A stretch of DNA of 42,397 nt from Chiloscyllium plagiosum (lineage: Eukaryota). Both the position numbers and the translations under genes were made by a program. Below, piece by piece: positions 12,017-23,299 of this stretch. The stretch is taken from contig NC_057750.1 of assembly GCF_004010195.1 (NCBI RefSeq), positions 14,810,809 through 14,853,205 of the forward strand, in the 5' to 3' direction. Within the stretch, counting starts at the first letter, position 1. Every line of letters begins with the position of its first letter. The notes below the pieces were generated by a model, which was not told the origin of the DNA, did not search any database, and was given only the letters and a program-made list of their open reading frames with translations.

Positions 12017-12594
12017 CTACACAGGTCAGACAGGAAACACTCACGGTCAGGGTATCAAATACGGAATACATTCACACTTGGTGGCACAGATTCACAGGAG
12101 GGGGATCTGGACCATCCCAGATAACATAAAGCGGACGTTTCTTTGAGTGTCTTTGGAGCTGCACCCACCCAGGCAAGTGGGAAGTCGCCCATCACACTTT
12201 TGATCCATGTCGGCTTTCGGGGAGTCAGGGGATAATTTCCTTGCTGTGAGACTCCTGCTTCTATAGCCACCGTACTTATATATGACTGGTCCAGTTCAGA
12301 TTTTGGCCAATGGTAATCTCCAGAACATTGATATTGGAGGTTTTAATGTCAGGCCTTTCCCCAAAGGTTGAATGACGCGAGTGAACCTTCTCACATTTTT
12401 AAAATTACCCAATCCCCAAGCTTCAACTGGGAATCATCATATCGCTGCTCGTACTGTTCAGAAACAAAGAGCTGTTTCATTCGTTCATGGGATGGCGGTG
12501 TTGCTGGCTTGACCAGCATGTACTGCCCGTCCCTAATTGCCCTGGACCTGAGTGGCTTGTGAGGCCATTTCAGAGGAATAGTTAAGAGTTAGTT

Positions 12595-12990
12595 ACAAAC
12601 TCAGCAGGTCTGGCAGGATCTGTCGAGAGAAAAATGTTTCAAGTCAATGACCCTTGTTCAGAACTGACAAGAACTGCTGATATGTATTTCTTCTAGCTCT
12701 CACACTGATGAGAGAGTGAGGGACGAGATTGAATAGAGTCCATGGAGACAGAGCCCAGGGAATAAAGGGGATACGCAAACAAACAGATAGCCAATGGTAA
12801 GAAGAGAGAGAGATAAATATTAGGTGGGTGCTGCTATGAAGAGTGAATATTTGAAAATGAGTTGGCTGTGCAGGGAGAAATCCACACAACACGGGACTTA
12901 AGGGTGTGGGGGAGGATGGTTACCATCTTGGGTGAGGGTGATCACCTTCTGGAATTGTTCATCTCAATGTTGGGTTCTAAAGGCTGTGAC
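12595..12990 (-). mobile_element. Older Penelope-like 3' fragment (ORF end plus terminal repeat)
   Basis: Minus strand reads QPLEPNIEMNN, resembling the recalled Penelope GIY-YIG C-terminus (QP.GLNIEF); degenerate core cagttCTGAACAagggtcattgacttGAAAc near 12636-12666. Confidence 0.55.
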
Positions 12991-13069
12991 TTTGGCTGTA
13001 ACTGTAAAGGCTCCATCTTCATGACCCAACACCCGCTAGCCTCACAAATGCTAGGAAATGGCCCATATG

Positions 13070-13650
13070 ACAGAACCAAACCATCACCTCTTGATAATCA
13101 ATGGCATTACCATGATTAAAACCCCCATTATCTACATTCTGGGAGTCACCATTGACCAGAAACAGAACTGGACTAGCCATATAAATACTGCTGCTTGAAT
13201 GGGTGCAGCTCCAATGACACTCAAGAAGCTCAACACCATCCAGGTCAAAGCAGCCCATTTGATTGGCATCTCAGCCACTACTTTCAACATTTAGTCCCTT
13301 CATCACCCATGCACAGTAGCAACAGTGTGTACTATCTACAAACCGTTTACAGGAACCCTCCGAGGCTCCTTGGACAGCACCTTCCAGACCACCTCTACCA
13401 TCTAGAAGGACAAGAACAGCAGATACATGGGAACACCATCCACCTGCAAGTTCCCCTTAAAGGTACCACAGCATCCTGAATTGGAAATATATCACCAGTC
13501 CTCCAGTGTCACTGGGTCTAAACCCTGGAACTCTTTTCAACAGCCCTGGGGCTCTACACAAACCACAGTGATTTATGAAGGTGGCTCACCCCCACCTTCT
13601 CAAAGACAATTAGGAAGGATAAGATGACACTCATATCCATAAATGAATTT
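13070..13650 (+). mobile_element. CR1/L2-group LINE (family B) 3' fragment
   Basis: Homologous to 41500-41840 and 25230-25437 (ILGVTIDQK..W; tail ccttctcaaagacaattagg). Confidence 0.75.
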
Positions 13651-14170
13651 TAAACATCAGACTGACATCAAAAGTGGGAAAATGCTTGGAGACCATCTTA
13701 CAGAAGAAAATTCATCATCACTGGAACAGCTTTGATTAATAAATAACTGTCACAAGAATTTGACAAAAGCAAACTATGCATTTGCAAACAGAATTGAATT
13801 CGTCACTGAAATCAGATACACAATCACTATCAGGTTTGATGCAGGTTAGCAAGGCTATTCTGCTATTCTCGTTTGGTTGTGTCTGGAAGTTGGGCTGATA
13901 AAGGTTGCAAGAAGTTCCATTATTGGTCAAAACCATTGCTAATTAAAATGGTAAATACTAACACGTAACCTTGGACAGAACTAGACTTAATACTAACCAT
14001 GCATAATACCACTCTTCATAATAACCATGTACACAACAAGGTAGCACACGAGGATTACCCCCAGTCTGATGATCCAACATCATGTCATGAATTTTTTTTT
14101 TATTTATTATTGTCACATGTACCTAGGCACAGTGAAACATTTTGCTTTGCCTGCAGTACAGGCAGATGAT

Positions 14171-14482
14171 GATTAGATTCCTTACAGTGTGGAAGCAAGC
14201 CCTTCAGCCCAACAAGCCAAACTAACCCTCCAAAGAGTAACCCGCCCAGACCTACTTCCCTCTGACTCGTGCACCTAACACTACGGGCAATTTAGCTTGG
14301 CCAATTCACCTAACCTGCACATTTTTGGACTGTGGGAGGAAACCGCAGCACCCGGAGGAAACCCACACAGACAAGGGGAGAATGTGCAAACTCCACACAG
14401 ACAGTCACCCAAGGGTGGAATCGAACCTGGGACCTTGGTACTGTGAGACAGCAGTGCTAACCACTGAACCACCGTGCCATCC
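14171..14482 (-). mobile_element. HE1-type V-SINE
   Basis: Reverse complement of 28288-28602, with A/B boxes and (aatct)n tail. Confidence 0.88.
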
Positions 14483-14682
14483 CATCATACCATCAAAATG
14501 CTTAAGGGTAATATGTGCGTATTCACATTAACCCTACATACAATACTCCCCACCCCCCCAAGTCACTGACTCCTCTTATTACATTATTTACATCTACCTA
14601 TATCATACATATTAGCTGTTATGAAGCAGAGGCATCTGCACAGACACAGTGAGGAACAGCAGCCCGCGCCTCTGACTGTTAC

Positions 14683-14961
14683 CTTTCCTTTCTCGTCCGT
14701 CATCATGTGCAGTTCTTGCTCGCTCAGCCACGACTCCACCTCTGATGCGTCGAAGTAATACTGCTGGACCTGCTGCATCGCTGTCAGTCTCTGCTGCCGT
14801 TGCTGCGTCTCCTCTTGGAGCTCGGCCCAGAGCTCCCGCAGCCAGTCCAGGCTCAGGCGCACGGCTTCTGTCTCCGGGCTCTGGATGGAGGCGATGTGCC
14901 CTGCCCGCTCCATCACATCACTGATCCGCGGCTGGTGGCCCTGGATCTCCCGCTGAAGAGT
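14683..14961 (-). CDS. SPTBN4: Beta-spectrin exon, 279 nt, repeat 12/13
   Basis: ttcacag|ACT ... AAG|gtaaca. Encodes TLQREIQGHQPRI...SPETEAVR...QQYYFDASEVESWLSEQELHMMTDEKGK. Confidence 0.92.
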
Positions 14962-15320
14962 CTGTGAACAGCAAGCAGAGTGAGAGCCGAGGGGAGACAA
15001 GGGAGCGGCCTCGGGTATGGCCCTAGCTCACTCACCGTGCTCGTGTGTGTTTCTAAGACTCTATGTGAGCGTGGATGAGCGGTTGCCTGCAGGAGTGTTA
15101 TGTGGGCGGGCCTGTTTGCCTGTTAGTGAAAGTTGCTAAGGTTTCTTTGCATTTTCCCCGAAGTTCTTTGGCCAATCATACAGCTGCTAGCTGACTTGGA
15201 AATGTATCACTGTTTGTTCACCATTACTGGGTGGAAATTACACTATTCCATCTCAAACAGCTCTGTGAGACTAACAACATTGCACAGTCTGTGTTAGTTC
15301 AAGGAGGCCACCATCATAGG

Positions 15321-15626
15321 ATCCCTACAATGTAGAAACAGGCCATTTGGCTCATTGAGTTCACATGGACGCACCCCCCACCCTATCCCCATAACTCTGT
15401 ATTTCTCATGGCCAATCCACCTAGCCTGCACATCCCTGGATACTAAAGGGTCATTTAGCATGGCCAATCCATCTAATCTGCACATCTTTGGACAGTGGGA
15501 GGAAGCCCACACAAACACGGGGAAAATGTGCAAACTTCACGCAGGCAGTTGCCCAAGGGTGGAATCGAACTCGGGTCCCTAGCGCTATGAAGCAGCAGTA
15601 CTAACCACTGAGCCTTTGTGCTGCCC
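15321..15626 (-). mobile_element. HE1-type V-SINE, older
   Basis: Same head and V-domain, more diverged. Confidence 0.8.
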
Positions 15627-15714
15627 CACTAACCCACGATCTTCCCAAGGCCAACACTAACCTTGAGTGTTTGACAAATTGCCAGTGTACTTCGGACTGT
15701 GTCAGAATGAATAA

Positions 15715-16180
15715 ATGTGTGTGCGTGTTTACGTGAGTGAGTATCTGCTTGAGGGAGACCGAGTGAGTAAATGTGTGTGTCAATAAGCGAATGTGTGTAC
15801 ACATATGTGACAGTGTGCGTATGTGTGGAGAGTGAGAGTGTGGATGTGTCTGTATGAGGCTGCGAATGAGTGTATGAGTTTGATTGACTGCGTAGGTGGA
15901 CAAGTGGGTGCGTGAGCAATTGTAGGAGTGTATGATTGATTGACTGGGTGACTGAGTTAGAGAATGTATGCACATGTGAAAGAGTGAATAAGTGAGCATG
16001 TGTGCAAAAGTGATTGATGTGAAAGAGTGGCTGAGTGTGTATGTGCATATCTGTAACACTGCATGTCTCTAAGACAATGAATATGTGTATGCAAGTGCGT
16101 GCGTGTAAGTGTCTTTGAGAGTGCACATCTGTAAGTATGAGTGTGTGTGTGTAAGTGTGTGACTGTGTGCGTGCACAGGT
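15715..16180. repeat. Degenerate (TG)n tract
   Basis: TG-rich low complexity. Confidence 0.9.
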
Positions 16181-16632
16181 CACACTTAAGTTAGATTTAC
16201 TTTGACACACTTGGAGACGTACCTGAATAACACCAGTCTGCTGAGAACAGCTTCGCTCATGCTGAGCAGACAGTCTGTCATACCCCCCCATCCTGATCCA
16301 GTCCACTTTCTTAAAACTCCCTCACAGGGGTTCACTGACTAGGTCAGTGTTAGTTGTTTATCTCCACTCATCCTTGAGGAGGTGGTGGTGAGCTGCCTTC
16401 GTAACTGTTGTAGGAGTGGGGGGAATTCCAGGATTTTGACCCAGTGACATTGAAAGAACGAGATATTTCCAAGTCAAGATAGGGAGCGGCTACAAGGGGG
16501 GTGTGGAGGAAGATACTGCTGGGGCCTTAGCAACTCGCTGCAGTACATGATACGGACAATCACAGTAAATGACCAATCTAACCTTATATCCCAGGCTTCC
16601 TTTCCCAATTCTGTCCCATTCCTGACACTCAC

Positions 16633-16722
16633 CTGCAGTTTTTTCTGAAGGAGCTGCACTGTTTGCAGGTTATTCCCATGATCCTTGGATTTTGCCCGTG
16701 GCAAGCGTTCCTGAATCCAAAG
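16633..16722 (-). CDS. SPTBN4: Beta-spectrin exon, 90 nt, repeat 12
   Basis: tcccgcag|CTT ... CAG|gtgagt. Encodes LWIQERLPRAKSKDHGNNLQTVQLLQKKLQ. Confidence 0.9.
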
Positions 16723-17403
16723 CTGCGGGAACACACAGAATGGTCAGTTTCCTGTCCAGTCAAAGATAAATACGGGAGATACATACACAGGCGCTGCCTG
16801 CATTACTGTAAGAGTGCTCAATGCATTAACAGTGTTAATGCTACCACCCATCACGATATGACACAACAGTAAAGCGATGGCATAACAAGAAGACATTGCA
16901 TTGTACCTGAATGTAATAAAACATCCAAAGGGGCTTGGCAGGAGTATTGTCAAAACTGTTACAGTACAAGAGACCATTTGGCCCATCCTATCTATACGGT
17001 TACACTGAATTGTTACAATGCAGAAGGAGGTCATTCGGCCCATCCTATCTGCACTGGTTCTCCCATTGAGAAATTCATCAAGTGCCACTCTCCTATCATC
17101 CCCCAGCCTCTTGGCAACCTTCCATTTTAGGTAAAGGTTTGATTAAATCTGCCTGCAGCACTGTCAGGCAGCACATCCCAGACCTTAATCATTCGCTTCA
17201 TGGAAAGGATTATATCAAACCATCTTTGCTACTGAGTAACTACATTAAGATAAGTGACCAAACGCTTGATGAAAGATGGTATGAAGAGGAAGAGAGATTT
17301 AACCATGAAATCCCAGACCAAAGGGCCCAGGCAGCATAGTCACCATGCTGGGGAGACACAAGAGGCCAGAACTGGACGTATGCGGGGATCTGGAGGTGCT
17401 TAC

Positions 17404-18212
17404 TGTGACAGTACTGTGCCTTTAAGAGAGATTTGTTCCATGCCGTTTCTCTTACAGAGGGGTGATGCCACAGTGGTGTCGGAATGTCTGCTTCAGAAGA
17501 AGTGAGTAAACAACTTTGAGCTCCCTTAGATAAAAGATGCATGATTGGGTGGAGTCCGGCTCACACACACCCAGGGTTTTAGTTCTGCTTTCAGTTGGGG
17601 TTTGGAGTTAGCGGTTGAAGCTGATAGATACAGCTCTCTCTCTGCTGCAGCAAAAAGCTCATGCTCTCTCTCTGCTGCTCAACTGTTTCTTTTGGTGTTC
17701 CTTTCTCCTGGACTGGAGATAGCGCGTGATGAAAATCTGTTTTACTGAATTTGCCTTTGCCAAGGATGTGTTAATAGGATGTTGTTATATTGGAACAGTT
17801 AGATTAGATTAGATTCCCTACAGTGTGGAAACAGGCCCTTCGGCCCAACAAGTCCACACCGACCCTCCGAAGAGTAACCCACCCAGACCTATTTCCCTCT
17901 GACTAATGCACCTAACACTATGGACAATTTAGCATGGCCAATTAACCTGACCTGCACATCTTTGGACTGTGGGAGGAAACCGGAGCACCCAGAGGAAACC
18001 CACGCAGACATGGGGAGAACGTGCAAACTCCACACAGACAGTGGCCCGAGGCTGGAATTGAACCTGGGACCCTGGTGCTGTGAGACAGCAGTACTAACCA
18101 CTGAGCCACCGTGCCGCCAAGTTGATGATTAGGAGTTAAATAATGTATTATTTTATTAAGTATTTCGATAGAATTAAAGTTATGCCAGTTTTATTTTTGT
18201 TTGTATTTTAAT
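17404..18212 (+). mobile_element. 3'-truncated LTR related to 31838-32499, with a nested HE1
   Basis: Starts tgtgac...ctttaaga; 17735-17800 and 18190-18212 align with 32170-32330. Confidence 0.65.
17799..18118 (-). mobile_element. HE1-type V-SINE, full length
   Basis: ggcggcacggtggctcagtgg head and (aatct)n tail. Confidence 0.9.
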
Positions 18213-18426
18213 CATCATTCATGAGGCAGCGGCTGGTGACAGGAATCAGGGGAAGGGGCCCATGGCAGTGACTGAAGGTTTTGGTCTTCCCAGTGTTTTG
18301 TGGAAAGGATTCCTCACATCCACCTCTCAGAAAAAGAGAGGTGCCCTCGGCCTGAGGGAGAATATTTAGGCTGGTGAGATGGTTTCTGTTTGATCGAGAG
18401 GCACAGTTTCTCTGTGTGATACTTAC

Positions 18427-18651
18427 AGTCTCATCCTCCATATCCCTCGTCACCTGGTGAACCTCTTTCGATGCGAGCAGAACCCTCCGCCGCTGTTTCA
18501 ATGGTTCAATCAGACGCACAATTCGTGCTTCGACCACGTTCTGTTTCTCGGTGACCTCTTCTTTTCCCGCCCCATCGTGGTTCAGGGTCGCAGCCTGGGC
18601 CTGTAACTCACCGACCTCCTTGTACCAGCCCTCCATCTGATTCTCCAGCAC
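18427..18651 (-). CDS. SPTBN4: Beta-spectrin exon, 225 nt, repeat 11/12
   Basis: ctgcag|GTG ... ACT|gtaagt, phase 0/0. Encodes VLENQMEGWYKEVGELQAQ...RLIEPLKQRRRVLLASKEVHQVTRDMEDET. Confidence 0.9.
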
Positions 18652-19021
18652 CTGCAGGTCAGCCAAGGTCATGGACAAATCCCGTACGTAAATAAAAGTG
18701 CACTCTCATTCCCTTCCCAAACCCCACCACATCCACCTAACCTTCGACATCATTCACACTGACAAAATCAACCCCTTACCTGCTCAATGACAATATTAAT
18801 CTCTAATCCTGCTCACATTATCAACCTGACCTTTGACCCCATTCACAGACAATATCAACCCCTGAAACTTGACCCTGCAAACACTGAAATTATCAACCTC
18901 TGACCTTTGACCCCACTCTCTGCTCCTCTGTTGACTCACGTGCTCCTGTAAGGCTGGGAAATGCAGTTTGAGCCATGGGGATCTGGGCAGCGAGTGTTGT
19001 GGGGACTCCCAGCCGCCTCAC

Positions 19022-19285
19022 CTGCAGTTTCTGGAGCTGAGAGTTGACGCTGACAATGTCTCTCGCTCCGTCTACCCCCTGCAGCTGCCCCTCCAGTTGG
19101 GAAAGCCTCTTGTCCAGCTCGCCATAGCTCTGCACCAGCAGCTCCGCCTTGTTGGCATCAAACAGGTGCCTCGCCTTGGCCTGTGTTGTGCTTTCCAGAA
19201 CGGTCCAGCAGTCGTGAATCTCCTCCAGTTTCTTCCTCACATCTAAGGCGAGTTCGGGCTTCTCCTTGATCAGCTGTTGCCCCTC
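19022..19285 (-). CDS. SPTBN4: Beta-spectrin (betaIV) internal exon, 264 nt, end of repeat 10 and start of repeat 11
   Basis: Acceptor tttacag|GAG, donor CAG|gtgagg, phase 0/0. Encodes EGQQLIKEKPELALDVRKKLEEIHDCWTVLESTTQAKARHLFDA...VNSQLQKLQ, close to the recalled human SPTBN4 EGQQLMQEKPELAASVRKKLGEIRQCWAELESTTQAKARQLF. Confidence 0.9.
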
Positions 19286-19332
19286 CTGTAAACAAAACAG
19301 ACCAAACAATTTAGTGAGCCTCAAGTGTATAC

Positions 19333-19335
<3 letters not shown>

Positions 19336-19365
<30 letters not shown>
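19336..19365. repeat. (TA)15 microsatellite
   Basis: Perfect TA run about 50 nt upstream of the 19285 acceptor. Confidence 0.95.
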
Positions 19366-19367
<2 letters not shown>

Positions 19368-19730
19368 CGGTCTCCACCGTTCACTGGGCAAGAGAATTCC
19401 ACAGTCTCGTGACCCTCTGGGGGAGAAGATTCTTCCTCATCTCCATCTTAAATGGGAGATCCATTGTTCTTAATCTGTGCCCCAAATTTTAGACTGCTCT
19501 TCGAGGGCAAGTTTCCTCACAACATCCACCTTGTCACGTCCCTGCAGCATCTCTCTGCTCTAATGGGTATTGACCCAACTTGGTTAATAGCATGACCCCT
19601 TGGCCTAGGAATTAGTTGACTGAATCTCCTCTGAACTGCTTCTAATACAATTATCCTTTCTTAAGGAAGAAGACCAAAACTGTACACAGCACTCCAGATA
19701 TGGTTAGGAGAGGTGTCAAGACTACAGAAA

Positions 19731-19906
19731 ACCAGAAACAAAAATAGAAGTTGTTGGAAAAGCTTAGCATCTGTGAAGAGGAATTAAAGTTCATGTTTCA
19801 GGTGCGATGGCCCTTCCTCAGAACAGATGCTGCCAGACCTGCTGAGCTTTTCCAGCAATTTCGGTTTTTGTTTCTGATTTACAGCATCCACAGTTCTTTC
19901 GGTTCT
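19731..19906. mobile_element. Fold-back Penelope-like insertion (second family)
   Basis: Opposed arms; minus-strand core gttCTGAGGAagggccatcgcacctGAAAc; flanking repeat TACAGAAA at 19723-19730 and 19907-19914. Confidence 0.65.
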
Positions 19907-20328
19907 TACAGAAAGCCAGAGCAGTGTTGGCTTTTATTCCTACTTTCCCTGGTCCATCTGGTTACTGCTAACCCACGACAGTCCAAACAGCATGATATAC
20001 CCAATGTTCTTTATTAAGGCAATGTACAGTACTAAAACGTACTGCAAACATTTTACTCAAACAACACTTACAATCACAAGTGAACCCTCTGAGAGGTCTT
20101 TTGAGCAAGGATCAGCCAATTTGTCTGAACCTCCAGCCTCTGATCAGATGATCCCTCGTGAGCTAACCTTTAGCCTGAAACAGGCTTTCTGAAACCCTTT
20201 CCCTTTCACACAAACGGTTTGTTCAAACAGATGCACCTACCCAGTCTCTGGCAAATGGCTGTTTGACCATTGGAAACCATCAGTTTGATAAATTAACTCA
20301 TTAGTAGTTAAAAGTATAAAAATACATA

Positions 20329-20662
20329 ATCCCTACAGTGTGTAAGCAGGCCATTCAGCCCATCGAGTCCACACTGACCCTCCGAAGAGCGTTCCACCTA
20401 GACCCACCCGATCCTGTAATACGGTATTTTCCATCTGCCAACCCACCTAGCCTGCACATCTCTGGACACAACAGGGCAACTCAGGATGGCCAATCCACTT
20501 GACCTGCACATTTTTGGACTGTGAGAGCAAACCAGAGGAAACCCATGCAGACACGGGCAAAAGATGCAAACTCCATCCACACAGACAGCCACCCAAGGCT
20601 GGAATTGAACCTGGGTCCCTGGTGCTGTGAGGCAGCAGTGCTAACCATAGAGCCACCAGCCA
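20329..20662 (-). mobile_element. HE1-type V-SINE
   Basis: Homology to the other copies. Confidence 0.82.
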
Positions 20663-20727
20663 TCCCATGTTACTTGCACCTCCCTACAATGAGGATTATC
20701 TCTTGGTATGAGCGAATTTTGATCTCA

Positions 20728-20853
20728 GCTAACTTGCTCGCATTTTCGCTAACTTGTTCATGTTGTCGCTAACTTGCTCGCGTTGTTGTGAACTTGCATT
20801 GTCGTTAACTTGATCGCAATGTTGCCAACTTGCTCGCGTTGTCGTTAACTTGC
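20728..20853. repeat. 20-bp minisatellite, about 6.5 copies
   Basis: Consensus GCTAACTTGCTCGCGTTGTC. Confidence 0.9.
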
Positions 20854-22044
20854 CGCCTTTGTGTTATCTAAACAAGAGTAAAATATTTACATAGCACAAT
20901 TATGTGACCAAGCACTCTCTGTTTAGCTGGTAAACAATCCTCATTATCACATCTGATTCACTGGATCCATTTTAAAACAAGACCCCAGCCTTTCAGAGTT
21001 ACTGTGACAATTTAGTTATCATTGCTGTAGTTTATATTCCTCATTCTAAACACACAGACATTCCGTCAGACACAAACACATTAAAACCAGTGACTTTTTC
21101 GAATCATTAGGTCATCACCAGAGCCATTGAGTTTTTCAATCAGGCAAACTTCATAGATTTCTTTTCCTTCTCATTTCAATTAATTTATAACCATTTCACT
21201 TCATGTCAGCTCACCCAGCAAATTTTAGATTCATGTGGACAGCAGCCAATTCCATGTGAAGAGCGACCATCTGGGTCACCCTGTGTTAACCTTGTGATCC
21301 AGTGACCCAATCTGGAGCTCCAGTGATGACCAGAAGATCAGCCTTGAAGGGTGAGGCAGGAAAGGGCAGGAGACAAATGAAAGGGAGGTAAGAGGGCAGG
21401 ATTCAGATTGGCTGAATTGGAAAAGACAAGAGACAAAGGGCAGAAAGTGAAACGGAAGAGGAGCCTGTTGTGTAGAAGATCAAAGGTTGGGAAGTGGGCG
21501 ACAGAAGTGGGAGGGTAAAGGATAAATTTGGTTGTGGCCTGATGTCTCTCGCATCTCAAATGGAAATGATCCCTGGCACGTCAAGTGTGCCCTTGGCATC
21601 TAGATACATCAGAAATGAAGAGATAATGTCCTTGGACATTTATCAGGCAAACTGTGGGCAACAAACAGGTATCCCATGATGGGGTCTTAATGAGCCTTAA
21701 CCTGCAAACCCAGGAATGTGGCAACTGGATGAATGAAGAGGATGGATGCAAGGTGGCAAAGGGATTGAGCAACAGTGGTCCCAGGGTTTATGGAGTCAGA
21801 AAGCCCTTGCTCCTTCCTCCCCTGCACACAGAAAGCAGCAAAACCCAGATGTGATGTAACTGCCACCGGAATATTCCTTAAACTGGCACACCTGTCATCA
21901 TCCAGTGCCAATCAGGAAATGCAGCCTTAACCAACAGATCCTTCTGATTGGTCTTCGTCACAGAATGAGGTGATGAGAGCCCAGCTGACCATGTTCACGC
22001 TCAGGGTTCAGTCATTGAAGTCCAACACTTGAGAGGACGCATTG

Positions 22045-22505
22045 TGCTAGGATCAGGGTCAGGGGGCAGTGCCAGGATCAGGGGGCTGTGTCAGAGTAAG
22101 ATGGCAGGTCATGTGATAGAGTCGGGGCAGGGGTCAAGGGGCTATACAAGGATTCAGGGGCAGGTCATGTGATAAGAGTCGAGGGGCAGGGAGGCTGTGC
22201 GAGAGTTCAGGAGCAGTTGGGGCCGTGCTAGGGTTGGGGGCAGGGGGCTGTGTGAGCATCAGGAGGCAGGGACTGTGCGACGATCAGGGAGCAAGAGGCC
22301 TGTTAGGGGTAGGGGACAGGGCTACAGTCAGGGGGCTGTGAGGGGATCACAGGGCACAAGGCAGTGCAAGGGTCAAAGGGGCAAGGGGCAGTGTAAGGCT
22401 CAGGGGCAGGGGACTGTGCGAAGGTCAGGGGGCCATGTGTGAGTCCAGGCCGGGAATGGGAGTAGGGGGTCTATGTAAGTGTCAGGGGGTGTGTTGAAGG
22501 GTCCT
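22045..22505. repeat. G-rich degenerate tandem repeat (unit roughly 24 bp)
   Basis: Recurring ggggctgtg..agggtcagggggca. Confidence 0.75.
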
Positions 22506-22617
22506 GCCCACGCTCAAGTTAAAGCCTGTATGTGGGGCTGGGAGCAGCCACAGGGCCCATGGTTTCTGTCCCAAGTAACAATGGACCTGGAATGATGGTC
22601 TGGAAACAGGAGTTCAA

Positions 22618-22711
22618 ATCCCACTATGCTAGATAAGAAATTTAGATTCACCTAATTAAATAATATCTCACTATGCTAGATAAGAAATTTAGATTCACCT
22701 AATTAAATAAT
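22618..22711. repeat. 47-bp tandem duplication
   Basis: 22618-22664 versus 22665-22711, one mismatch. Confidence 0.95.
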
Positions 22712-22779
22712 TTGGAATAAAAAACTAACAGGATGATGAGGCTCAGTAAACACCCTTCCCCTATCCTCCGTGATGGTGT

Positions 22780-23232
22780 AGTCCAGCAGGTTAGCCCAGT
22801 CCTAGCTATGTCTCTGCCCAAGCTGTTCCAATACAGTCACTGGCATCAGCCTGGCAATGTGGAAAACTGCCCAAGTATGTCGAGTCCACAAACCATCGAG
22901 ACAATCACTGACCCATCAGTTTACTCTCACTCATCAGCAAAGTAATGAAGGTATCACCAGCAGTGCTGCCTTACTCAGCAATAACATGCTCATCGTTGCT
23001 CTGCACTCAGCTTCTGAGCTCATTCCAACCTTGGTTCAAACATGGGACATGGACCAAAAGGCTGAATTCCAGACGGGAGGTGGGAGCGACAGCCCTTGAC
23101 CTCAAGGCTGCATTCGACCGGGCGTGACATCAATGAGCCTGAGCAAAACTGGAGTCAATGGGGATCAGAGGCAAACTCTCCGCTGGTTGAAGTCAGAGCT
23201 AGCACAACGGAAGAAGATTGTGGCTGTTGGTA
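22780..23232 (+). mobile_element. Family-B LINE RT fragment
   Basis: WKTAQVCRVHK and TALDLKAAFDR; homologous to 40990-41430. Confidence 0.75.
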
Positions 23233-23299
23233 ACCTTAAGGGCAGATTGTGATATAGTGGTAACATCACTGACCTCATAAACCAAAATTTAAGGTTAGT

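Noticed and set aside
11839..12129. Plus-strand ORFs over the exon (also 7153-7416 and 18968-19246)
   Set aside because: Antisense shadows of spectrin exons.
15601..16306. Long His/Thr-rich ORFs (also 10833-11157)
   Set aside because: Translations of (CA)n low-complexity DNA.
21320..21420. C/D snoRNA (GTGATGA...CTGA)
   Set aside because: Antisense to the host gene, no proper terminal stem, no recognisable guide.
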